A DNA stretch of 64,000 nt from contig JARBTQ010000010.1 in the NCBI GenBank assembly GCA_029240075.1, positions 83 to 64,082 of the forward strand, written 5' to 3'. Below, piece by piece: positions 1 to 8,716 of the stretch (the stretch's first letter is position 1; each line of letters opens with the position of its first letter). A program made the position numbers and the translations under genes. The notes beneath the pieces are model-generated. The model was not told the origin of the DNA. It made no database searches and worked only from the letters and a program-made list of their open reading frames with translations. The DNA is from Chlamydiales bacterium. Its GTDB lineage: Bacteria; Chlamydiota; Chlamydiia; Chlamydiales; JARBTQ01.

Positions 1-50
1 ATTAACGATGTGTATATTTAAATAAAATTCATATGCTCTTTATAAGTGTT

Positions 51-139
51 ATCTGGCAATAATCTGGCAATAATCTGGCAATAATCTGGCAATAATCTGG
101 CAATAATCTGGCAATAATCTGGCAATAATCTGGCATAAT
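51..139. repeat. 11-bp tandem repeat, unit CTGGCAATAAT: 7 perfect copies plus a degenerate 8th (CTGGCATAAT)
   Basis: Direct reading. TGGCA recurs at 54, 65, 76, 87, 98, 109, 120 and 131 in strict 11-bp phase. The array ends 49 bp before the ATG at 188. Confidence 0.95.
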
Positions 140-187
140 GTTTATAATCCTTTACAGTACTCTAATGATCAACCCTATTGATAAACC

Positions 188-1576
188 ATGCTAGATATTA
201 AAAAATTATTATCACAGCCAGAAGGAAAAACGCTTGAATTTAAGCGGGATCTATCCTCTATACAACCAATTTTAAAAACACTCATTGCTTTTGCAAATAC
301 AGCTGGTGGTATACTGATCATTGGAAGAGATGATAAAGGAAACATTTTAGGTATAGAAGATATTTTTGAGGCAGAAGAGAAAATTGCTAATTCTATAGCA
401 GATAACATTATGCCATCGCTGATGCCTGAAATAGAGATTATCTCAGTTAAAGGCAAGTCTTTACTGGTTGTTCGCGTTACGCATTGGAGAGGACCGTTTT
501 ATTTAAAATCGAAAGGTGCAAATGCTGGGGTCTTTATAAGGCTTGGTTCAACAAATCGTGTCGCTGGGGAAGAATTACTAGAGGAACTGAATCGAACCCG
601 TTCTAAGATATTTTTTGATCAACAAGCATGTTTAGAGACGAATAGTAATGACCTAGATATGAAAAAAATAAAACAAGCTTTTGCTAGTGAGGATCGAAAA
701 ATTGACCAGCATAAGCTTATTGGTCTAGGAGTGTTAGTTGAATATTCACAGAAACTTGTTTGTTCTAATGGGGGAGTAGTTTTATTTGGTAAGGATCAAA
801 TAAGAAAAGGACTTTTTCCAAATACAATAGTCCGATGTGCACGCTTCGCGGGCATAGAGAAGGTCGATTTTATCGATCAATACGAAGTAGAAGGAACAAT
901 TCTAGAGGCTGTAGAGGAAGTTCTCAAATTCATCCGGCGTAATACGAGTTTAGGAGCTAAAATTGAAGGTCCGCGCCGCAAAGATGTTCCTGAATATTCT
1001 CTTTTAATTATCCGAGAAGTTTTAATCAATGCTCTTGTACATGCCGACTACTCTATTCGAGGAATGAGTCCTCGAGTAAGTATTTTTTCCAATCGTATGG
1101 AAATAGAAAGTCCGGGAATGTTGCCATTTGGCTATACTTTGGATGATTTTATGGCAGGAGTCAGCCGTGTTCGTAACAAAGTAATTACACGAGTATTTCG
1201 TGAATTAAAATTAATGGAGGAGTGGGGAACTGGTTATAAGCGGATTGCAGAGGCCTGTAATAAAGAAAATTGCCCTATTCCTCACTGGGAAGAGCTAGGT
1301 ACTGCAATTAGAGTCACCATTTACCCTTGCGCTGCTGTATTAGAAAAACAGGTAAAGATCAATCCTATAGAGAATAAAGATTTGACATCGCGTCAAGAAG
1401 CCATCCTTCAAATCTTACAAGAGAAAGATAAAATAAGTGCTAAGGAGATCCATGCTAAGCTAGGCTCCAATATTTCGGAAAGGAGTCTGCGAGCAGATCT
1501 ATTAGAGTTAAAAAGAAAGGAATTCATTACAACTGGCGGTAATGGTCCTAGAACTTTTTGGAAGTTAAACTTGTAA
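188..1576 (+). CDS. AlbA_2 (Schlafen-type) DNA-binding domain + HATPase_c_4-like domain + C-terminal winged HTH; putative transcriptional regulator of the type often annotated RecG-like
   Basis: N-terminal EGKTLEFKRD...LIAFANTAGGILIIG matches the AlbA_2 signature. REVLINALVHADYS...IESPG matches the ATPase-like domain. C-terminal SRQEAILQILQEKDKISAKEI looks like an HTH. Confidence 0.8.
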   Translation: MLDIKKLLSQPEGKTLEFKRDLSSIQPILKTLIAFANTAGGILIIGRDDKGNILGIEDIFEAEEKIANSIADNIMPSLMPEIEIISVKGKSLLVVRVTHWRGPFYLKSKGANAGVFIRLGSTNRVAGEELLEELNRTRSKIFFDQQACLETNSNDLDMKKIKQAFASEDRKIDQHKLIGLGVLVEYSQKLVCSNGGVVLFGKDQIRKGLFPNTIVRCARFAGIEKVDFIDQYEVEGTILEAVEEVLKFIRRNTSLGAKIEGPRRKDVPEYSLLIIREVLINALVHADYSIRGMSPRVSIFSNRMEIESPGMLPFGYTLDDFMAGVSRVRNKVITRVFRELKLMEEWGTGYKRIAEACNKENCPIPHWEELGTAIRVTIYPCAAVLEKQVKINPIENKDLTSRQEAILQILQEKDKISAKEIHAKLGSNISERSLRADLLELKRKEFITTGGNGPRTFWKLNL

Positions 1577-1615
1577 ATTGGAGAATCTGAGCATAGCTCG
1601 AGTTGTAAAAGTGTT

Positions 1616-2173
1616 ATGATTCAAAAATATGATTACACTATAAGAAAAGGGACAGTAGAGGATGCTTTGCAGATTGCACAAGTTCATATAAAAGCTTGGC
1701 AAGAAAGCTATATAGGTTTAATAGATTTCTCATACTTGAATCAATTAAATTATGAAGCTCGTCTTCAAAAGCATGAGAAAAGGTTACAAGAGCATACAGT
1801 GGCGTACTTTGTGGCTATTTTTGAAGATCAAGTGATTGGCTTTTGCTCAGGGGCTCCATTCAAAATTCATTCCAACCAAAACATATCAAATCCAAAAGAA
1901 CTTGAAAATGTTGTAAAGGGAGAGATAGATAATCTCTACATCTTGAAACAGTTCCATCGTCAAGGGCTAGGTAAAGCTCTATTTCTACAAGCTGTACAAT
2001 GGTTTAAAGAACATGATTTGTTTCCATTTGTTGTGTGGGCTTTAGCTGATAATTTATCTGCTCGAGCCTTTTATAAGTCACAAGGAGGTATAATCAGTGC
2101 TAATGCAATAGCTTCAATTGGTTCCAAAAGTTACCCTGAAATTGCGTACATTTTTAACTCTGTCTATTTCTAA
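1616..2173 (+). CDS. GNAT family N-acetyltransferase
   Basis: Acetyl-CoA binding motif A HRQGLGKALF, with size and layout typical of GNAT. Confidence 0.8.
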   Translation: MIQKYDYTIRKGTVEDALQIAQVHIKAWQESYIGLIDFSYLNQLNYEARLQKHEKRLQEHTVAYFVAIFEDQVIGFCSGAPFKIHSNQNISNPKELENVVKGEIDNLYILKQFHRQGLGKALFLQAVQWFKEHDLFPFVVWALADNLSARAFYKSQGGIISANAIASIGSKSYPEIAYIFNSVYF

Positions 2174-2253
2174 AAAAGGATGGTATGCTATCCTAACCCT
2201 TTCTTCCAGCTATATGTGATCTTAGAAATTAAAAACTTTCAAAGGAATGTAAA

Positions 2254-3087
2254 ATGAATTTTTCCAGTCGTATTGTGCCAAATTCACAAGAAGCAAAGAT
2301 CATCTTTACTACAATAGTAAATTCTCCTAATGAAGATATTCCTATTGTAGAGATGAATGATACTACAGCCAGAGATATGGATGTCATATGGAATTCAATA
2401 GAAGATATTGCTAAGCGATGGCGAGGAAATTCAAAATGCCATATCCCCACAATGCCTGAAGACCGTAAAGAATTTTGGGGCATGTTTGCTCAAAAAAATG
2501 TCCCTAACCTTCCTCATATAGTACGGAATTTTGTAGGTTCTATTGATGGTAAAGGAAAAACTGCTATCGATCTAGGATGTGGAAACGGAGGAGTTTCTGA
2601 ATTTCTATTAGATAGAGGCTGGCGCGTTATTGCTGTTGATACTTCTCGTATAGCTCTAGCAATTTTAAAAGAAAGATGTCAATCACAACTACAATCAGGT
2701 CAATTGAGTGTGGTTGAAGCTAACCTTGCAACATATACTCCGGAGGAACCCGCAGAGCTAGTTTTAGCAATGGATGTATTTCCTTATATAGACCCTAAAC
2801 AATTTCGTGATACCTGGACAAAAGTCCATGATCTTTTTATAAAAGAAGATGGCCTATTTATGGGAACTTTCTTTCGTTCAGTAAACTCTAAACGAGAAAT
2901 AATACACATGAACATGTTAAAAGAAATGGGAGCTTGGTTCCTTCCCGATAGGCGTATGGTTCGACCCCTTCTATTACATGTTGGATATGACGTAAAAACA
3001 TGCATTTATCGTAAAGAGAATGACAATATGGAACCTATGTGTATTGAATTTGTTGCTCGCAAAATCTCACAGACGAAGGAAATTTAA
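2254..3087 (+). CDS. Class I SAM-dependent methyltransferase with a ~90-aa N-terminal extension
   Basis: Motif I AIDLGCGNGGVSEFLL, followed by an acidic residue after beta-2 (VIAVDTS). Confidence 0.8.
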   Translation: MNFSSRIVPNSQEAKIIFTTIVNSPNEDIPIVEMNDTTARDMDVIWNSIEDIAKRWRGNSKCHIPTMPEDRKEFWGMFAQKNVPNLPHIVRNFVGSIDGKGKTAIDLGCGNGGVSEFLLDRGWRVIAVDTSRIALAILKERCQSQLQSGQLSVVEANLATYTPEEPAELVLAMDVFPYIDPKQFRDTWTKVHDLFIKEDGLFMGTFFRSVNSKREIIHMNMLKEMGAWFLPDRRMVRPLLLHVGYDVKTCIYRKENDNMEPMCIEFVARKISQTKEI

Positions 3088-3123
3088 TAAACATTTAATG
3101 GGACTCCTCTTGTAAAGGCTATT

Positions 3124-3705
3124 ATGAATTTTGAATTTGGAAAAGCTCTGCTTAAACATAAAGAAATTATTTTTAAGTGGCTGGATGAGCCTCATATGCG
3201 AGAATTTTGGGACAATAGTCAAGAGCACAGAGACGATATTGTCAATTTTATGGAAGGGCGTAAAGAATCATCCACCTATTTTAATGGAGACTTTACTTAC
3301 TGGATTGGGTCTATTGATAATCAGCCATTTTGTTTTTTAATGACTGCCAAAGTAGATTGTACTGATGGATATCCTCTGATATGGAAAGAATATCTATCTA
3401 ATACAGGTCATACCTACAGTATAGATTTTGGAATTGGTAACAAGAATTTTATTGGGAAAGGACTAGCCGCTCCTGTACTCACATCTTTTATCGATTTTTT
3501 CCGCTTTCAAATAGATTCTAAAGCAGACACTTTTTTTATTGATCCAGACGAAAAGAACCCGCGTGCACAACATGTCTATACTAAAGCAGGATTTCAATTA
3601 GTTGGTGATTTTATACCTGAAAAGGGTGTATTTAGTGGTCAGAAGACTTGCTTGATGGTTAAGATATTCCTCCCTAAATTTAATGGTAATTCACATGTAC
3701 TATAA
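3124..3705 (+). CDS. GNAT acetyltransferase, Acetyltransf_8 / aminoglycoside-6'- or siderophore-type
   Basis: WLDEPHMREFWDNSQ N-terminal signature, FIGKGLAAP motif A, NPRAQHVYTKAGFQLVG C-terminal motif. Confidence 0.7.
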   Translation: MNFEFGKALLKHKEIIFKWLDEPHMREFWDNSQEHRDDIVNFMEGRKESSTYFNGDFTYWIGSIDNQPFCFLMTAKVDCTDGYPLIWKEYLSNTGHTYSIDFGIGNKNFIGKGLAAPVLTSFIDFFRFQIDSKADTFFIDPDEKNPRAQHVYTKAGFQLVGDFIPEKGVFSGQKTCLMVKIFLPKFNGNSHVL

Positions 3706-3792
3706 AAATCTAGGATGGATATAGCCTGCAAGTTCTCCCACTAATACTTAATTCTAACCAATCCAAACCTTTTTAACGTAGAAGAAGTAGGT

Positions 3793-4203
3793 ATGCTTGT
3801 GAATTCCGTACCATATTTAAATACTAAGCAAAAAAATGTATATAAAGATACACATACAGCATGTCAAAAACAGAGAGAACTCTGTGGAGTTTGCGAAAAG
3901 ATGGGAGCCGATGTCTTTTGGTTGAGTCATATTAGTAAGGGAGCTCACAAGACATGCTTCATAGCCATCGCTCCTTTGGAGCAAGAAGCATTATATAAAA
4001 TAAGTATGGTCTATGCTCAATCTACGGGAAAGATAACTTATGAGACGATAAATGCTCATAGATGTATGGTCGAAGCGGTTAGGGAATTTACAGGGGATGC
4101 TACCCTACTTGAATATTTAGAGGCAAAGGGCCCCCAATCTTTAAAAGTACTTTTTGATACGGTTGGAATCGGGGCCGTTTTTAAAAAAATCTCTCATTTG
4201 TGA
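3793..4203 (+). CDS. Hypothetical protein (136 aa)
   Basis: Clean ORF in an intergenic-free slot. No motif recognised. Confidence 0.5.
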   Translation: MLVNSVPYLNTKQKNVYKDTHTACQKQRELCGVCEKMGADVFWLSHISKGAHKTCFIAIAPLEQEALYKISMVYAQSTGKITYETINAHRCMVEAVREFTGDATLLEYLEAKGPQSLKVLFDTVGIGAVFKKISHL

Positions 4204-4290
4204 GTTTTTAGATAGATCATTAGTTTAAAACGATTTAAAGAAAAAAATATGAAAGCTTCATAGAAAATAGAGACAGATAAAGCGTAGTGG

Positions 4291-4746
4291 TTATAGGCAA
4301 ATAGGTGCGGCAATTGCTACAAAAGACCCTATGTAGTCGACTGCTAATTTCTCTTGTTGCTGAATTGTTGCTGCTAGCTGGATACGCGCCTTTCCTTTTC
4401 GGTTTAGACAATGCACGAATTTGGCCCAATCAGCTGATTTTGGAGCATGGCATTCTGCACAAAAATCTTCTTTAATTGGCTGAAGGTAATCGATCTCGCT
4501 ATGAGAAATAACAATTTCGCAAGATAGTTTTTCTAAATAGAGCCAGTAGTATAGTAAGCTCCAGCATGCTAGAGTTGTAACCGCATGTAGACTGCCCCCG
4601 AAAGCTGTTTTCTTATGATTGAGGTTAGGTCCTATAGGAGCTCTTAAGATTAGTTTTTCCATACTTATATGGCTTACCTCTACCCCCAAGGCTGTAGACA
4701 AAGGGATATTTTTGTGAAGATAGAGCTCAAGCTCTTTTAAATTCAT
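4291..4746 (-). CDS. Hotdog-fold thioesterase (YiiD C-terminal / PaaI-like)
   Basis: LGVEV...NHKKTAFGGSLHAVTTLACWSLL pattern typical of putative thioesterase domains. Confidence 0.6.
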   Translation of the reverse strand: MNLKELELYLHKNIPLSTALGVEVSHISMEKLILRAPIGPNLNHKKTAFGGSLHAVTTLACWSLLYYWLYLEKLSCEIVISHSEIDYLQPIKEDFCAECHAPKSADWAKFVHCLNRKGKARIQLAATIQQQEKLAVDYIGSFVAIAAPICL

Positions 4747-4793
4747 AGTTGCTCCTAGTTTAAGACATTTTATAGTAACACCTTCATACTTAT

Positions 4794-5732
4794 TTATAAA
4801 ATCTTACCCAATTCAATATCCCTTGGGTCAGTTGCATGCCCATCAGAATCCTTAAAAGGCATTTCTGAATAACCACGATTGATAAAAAATCGATAAGCCT
4901 CTGCTGAAGATTGTACATGCAAGCTTTGGAAGCCTTGCTGTTTAAGCCACCGTTCGCATAACTCTAAAATTTGACCCCCATATCCTTTATTCTGGTACTT
5001 CTTTTCAACAACAATAATCCTTATTGCTACTCTTAGATCATTCCAGGTTTGAATGTGAACATAGCCTATGATGGGGCTTCCTTGGTAGGCGATTAAATGG
5101 ATATGACCTTTATAGTCGAATGTCCAGGTATAAGGATCTGCTACTCCTATATCATCAAAAAAATATTCTTGCCTCAAACGACGTGCTGTATCCCATTCAC
5201 GTGGAGTTAAAGCTTTTACCAGTCGTAGACCAAAACTACCGGTTTTAGTATCAATCTCAGCTACAAAAGCATCTTTGCCAAAGCAATATTCTAAAATGTT
5301 TTGTCGATATTTTTTAGCTAAGCTTTGTTTTAATGCGGCATAAGCTTGTCTATCGTCGGCATGTGTACGCATCCAGTCGCGAAACTTTAAATATCTATCA
5401 ATTTCAGAATTTCCTTCTTCGAATATATGTACATGGTGGCTTCTTAAATCTCCTCCTTTTTGAAAATATCTTCTAAAAAGGATTCCATGCTCCCCCTTAG
5501 CTTCATAACCAAGATCTTGCATTGCACATATAGCCTTATCTACTTCTAAGATATCCTTAACAACAGGGAGGATATCTATAACAGATTTAGCGGCAAGTTC
5601 TGGAACGGCGGTAGATCCGATATGATGGACTGCCACACAATTATCTCCTAAAGCCAGCTCAAGTCTTTTCGCTTCTTCAGCAAACATTTGTACCCAATCA
5701 GGGTTATAAGGAGCAATTTCAACTATTCTCAT
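4794..5732 (-). CDS. GrpB (UPF0157 nucleotidyltransferase-fold) domain fused to a C-terminal GNAT acetyltransferase
   Basis: HHIGSTAVPELAAKSVIDILPVV is the GrpB signature. C-terminal VEKKYQNKGYGGQILELCERWLKQQG is GNAT motif A. Confidence 0.75.
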   Translation of the reverse strand: MRIVEIAPYNPDWVQMFAEEAKRLELALGDNCVAVHHIGSTAVPELAAKSVIDILPVVKDILEVDKAICAMQDLGYEAKGEHGILFRRYFQKGGDLRSHHVHIFEEGNSEIDRYLKFRDWMRTHADDRQAYAALKQSLAKKYRQNILEYCFGKDAFVAEIDTKTGSFGLRLVKALTPREWDTARRLRQEYFFDDIGVADPYTWTFDYKGHIHLIAYQGSPIIGYVHIQTWNDLRVAIRIIVVEKKYQNKGYGGQILELCERWLKQQGFQSLHVQSSAEAYRFFINRGYSEMPFKDSDGHATDPRDIELGKIL

Positions 5733-6097
5733 AAAAATTCCGACTTAGATAATATTTTTTTAAAAATTAAGCTAAAACCAAAAAGAATTTAATCCCAATA
5801 AGTAATGCCAACTATTTTGATCAAAATTAAGTTATTTAAAATTTATTTTTATGCATAGGGTATTTGCTACGGTATTAATATACTTCTTATTTTAAGTAAT
5901 ATCATAGTCAATAGAGAAAAATTTTTCTTGTGGATACGATTTATAGTCTAAAATTTTTAAGATATGTATCGCCCGTATTTTATCAATAATCCTAAAAGCA
6001 ATATCAAAACTTTTTCTTTTTTCAAAGTCTGAGCTAGAGCTAATCGCTATGGTACTCAGAAAGTTAAAAAATCATAAATAATATAAGGGCACTAATT

Positions 6098-6640
6098 ATG
6101 GTTGGCTTCATTACGACACAACGAAATATTGACATGCAAATTGAGCATGTTACAAACCCAAAGCCTTTGAAAGGTGATAAAGCTATTGTAGAAAGCGTCT
6201 ACAATACTACTTTGAATTTCTTTGAAAACCCTTCTCACAATATTCTCGGAATTGAATCTTTCTTAGCAATTCGCATCTTAGATCTACCTAGTGAGTTAGA
6301 CCGATATACAAGCCTACGAGAATTAATTGATACTCATCCTTTAGTAATGGTGATGCCAAATGAAGTTAATCAACAAGATTCGACGATTCTAACTGCTAAA
6401 ACTATAACTTTGGGCTTAAATGAACTAGTTACAATAGATACTGTAAATAAAGAGTCTCTAGCCAGCTTAAAAGCTGCTAATCGATCTGAAATAGAAATTT
6501 TGTCAATCTCAAAAAGTGCTAGTAACGCTTTAAATCGTCTTATTAAAACTTTAAAGACCCCTAATCGTCCGCTAAATGAAAGGACTCATCTAATAGCTAG
6601 ATCTTCTAAAAAAGAATGCTGCTCATGCAATATTCTATAA
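6098..6640 (+). CDS. Hypothetical protein with C-terminal polybasic/Cys-rich CaaX tail (..SSKKECCSCNIL*); paralog of 8717..9364
   Basis: CNIL is encoded at 6626..6637, immediately before TAA. Alignable to 8717..9364 along its full length (MVGFITTQ/MVGIISTK; THPLVMV/NHPLIVV; EIEILSISKSASNALNRLI/EVTIFSVAQSAFDSLERVI). Confidence 0.75.
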   Translation: MVGFITTQRNIDMQIEHVTNPKPLKGDKAIVESVYNTTLNFFENPSHNILGIESFLAIRILDLPSELDRYTSLRELIDTHPLVMVMPNEVNQQDSTILTAKTITLGLNELVTIDTVNKESLASLKAANRSEIEILSISKSASNALNRLIKTLKTPNRPLNERTHLIARSSKKECCSCNIL

Positions 6641-8604
6641 AAAATATACACACTCAAAGCCTAAAAAATATGAACCCTAATAATATACCCAGAATAATCA
6701 CTATTCCTTTTCCTTATTCACAAGAGGGAGAGACTGCTAGTTTGCAAATCAGCATTAGCCTAAGAAGAGAATGCCCTCTTGCTTTAGTTAAATTGGAAAA
6801 GCTTGCAAGAGAGAGCATTTTAGAACAGCATAAACCCTACCTAATCGCAGCTGTAGTTGATAAAAACCATTATTACCATACTTTCGACGGAATAACTTTA
6901 AAGAAATGTTTAGAAAAGGCAACTCAATTCACCAATCCTTTTAACAACACTCCTATTGTCAAAGTTCATTATTTTGCGCTCTATACTTTTGAAAAAGAAT
7001 TTACAAAGGTTATGGAACAAGACTCTTGTAAGCTATCTGAGGAAAACACGACTTTTTTAGAAGCATATGAAGGTAATGAAGATAGTCAATATGGATTAGC
7101 TATTCAAAAATATAACGGCGAACAATTTGAAGAAGCTCTTTATTGGTTTGAGCAATCTGCAAAACAGGGAAATAAACTTGCACAATACAGAGCTGGACTT
7201 ATGCATGAAAGAGGAGAGGGAATAAAAATCGATCTTTCTAAAGCCAAGGAATGGTATTACAAAGCCGTAGAACAAAATCATAAAAATGCCCCATTTCAGC
7301 TTTTTTGCCTATTTCAAAAAGAAACAAATCAAGAATCGCAAAAATTAGCCTTATATTGGTTAACACAAGCCGCCAATAATAACCATGCTGAAGCCCTTTA
7401 CCTTCTAGCAGAAAAATATGAATCAGGAAAAGATGTACCGTTCGATCTTAATTTAGCCCGAGGGTACTACCAAAAAGCTGCCTATGAAGGACTTAATAGA
7501 GCGATTTTGAAGCTTGAAACAATGTCCAAATTAGCGCAGTTAGATTTGTCCCCTACAAAAGATGTTGACGAATTAGCATCTACTGACAAAGAAACTCTAT
7601 ATGCAGCAGGATGTAAATTTTATACAGAGGAAAAATATAAGAAAGCGCTTTCTTATTTTGAAAAGGCCGCCGAGCTAGGGGATGAAAAGGCTCAATATAA
7701 GCTAGGATATATGTACGAAAACAGTAAAGGGGTTGTACAGGACTTAACTAAAGCTCGTCAATGGTACACAAAATCAGCTCAAAAAGATTTTAGAAATGCT
7801 CAATTTAATCTTTCCTGGATGTGTGAACAAGGTGAAGGGGGTGTTGTAGACAAGAAGACTGGACTAGAATTACTTAAAAAAGCCGCTGCTTCTGAGCACC
7901 CTAGAGCATTATTTCGTTTAGCTGGAAAATATCTAAATGGCGATGGAATTACAAAAAACGCTTTTACTGCATATCAACTCTATCAAAGATCTGCTGCTGC
8001 AGAACCGGAGTTTCTGCCTACTCAAGATAAGCTTAAGGAATTGTCTCAAAATCAAGAGATAAAGGATATCCTAGCTAAAGAGGTTGAAAAGGAAAGAAAA
8101 GAAAAAGCTTTTAGTATAATTCTTGAAAAGGCTAATGGAGGCAATGTCCAAAGTCAATATGAGATCGCCTGTCACTTCTATGATCAGAGAGATTACAGTA
8201 AAGCCTTAAACTGGTTTGAAAAAGCTGTTAGAGGAAATCATACAGAAGCTAAATATAGGACGGCTCTTATGTATGAATTAGGAGAAGGTGTAGCTCCCGA
8301 TTTTGCAGCAGCATACAATCTATATCGACCATTGGCTCTATTAGAGAAACATACTCCAGCTCAATGTCGTCTCGCACTATTGCTAAAAGAGGGTAAGGGT
8401 TGTTCGAAAGACTTAAAGTTAGCAATTCAACTTCTTAAATTAGCTAGTATGAATAGTCATCCCGATGCAATCTATGAATTAGGGTGTATCTATGAAAGTA
8501 CAACTGGTAAGGGAGAATTTATCTTAAAAGCCCATGAACTATATGTGCAAGCTGCTAAGCTCGGTCATCCCCTTGCTAAGAAGAAAGTGGAAGAGGTAAT
8601 GTAA
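6616..8604 (+). CDS. Sel1 (SLR/TPR-like) repeat protein with a divergent U-box-like N-terminal domain
   Basis: At least 10 Sel1 repeats (e.g. AQYRAGLMHERGEGIKIDLSKAKEWYYKA; AQYKLGYMYENSKGVVQDLTKARQWYTKSA). The ATG at 6670 is an alternative start that avoids the 25-nt overlap with the upstream gene. Confidence 0.85.
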   Translation: MLLMQYSIKNIHTQSLKNMNPNNIPRIITIPFPYSQEGETASLQISISLRRECPLALVKLEKLARESILEQHKPYLIAAVVDKNHYYHTFDGITLKKCLEKATQFTNPFNNTPIVKVHYFALYTFEKEFTKVMEQDSCKLSEENTTFLEAYEGNEDSQYGLAIQKYNGEQFEEALYWFEQSAKQGNKLAQYRAGLMHERGEGIKIDLSKAKEWYYKAVEQNHKNAPFQLFCLFQKETNQESQKLALYWLTQAANNNHAEALYLLAEKYESGKDVPFDLNLARGYYQKAAYEGLNRAILKLETMSKLAQLDLSPTKDVDELASTDKETLYAAGCKFYTEEKYKKALSYFEKAAELGDEKAQYKLGYMYENSKGVVQDLTKARQWYTKSAQKDFRNAQFNLSWMCEQGEGGVVDKKTGLELLKKAAASEHPRALFRLAGKYLNGDGITKNAFTAYQLYQRSAAAEPEFLPTQDKLKELSQNQEIKDILAKEVEKERKEKAFSIILEKANGGNVQSQYEIACHFYDQRDYSKALNWFEKAVRGNHTEAKYRTALMYELGEGVAPDFAAAYNLYRPLALLEKHTPAQCRLALLLKEGKGCSKDLKLAIQLLKLASMNSHPDAIYELGCIYESTTGKGEFILKAHELYVQAAKLGHPLAKKKVEEVM

Positions 8605-8716
8605 CCCCTAATTTAGGTAATCTACCAAAAATTATTACAAACAAGGTTAATTCTTTTTTGTAGCGATTCTCAAAGAGAAATCAATTTAATAAAATGACAA
8701 ATGAAAGGAAATTAAT

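Noticed and set aside
51-139. Possibility that the tandem repeat is a CRISPR array
   Set aside because: The units are 11 bp and directly abutting with no spacers. No cas genes are present.
3131-3340. 69-aa same-strand ORF overlapping the start of the GNAT gene 3124..3705
   Set aside because: It is an alternative frame inside a gene whose main frame carries GNAT motifs, and it has no independent support.
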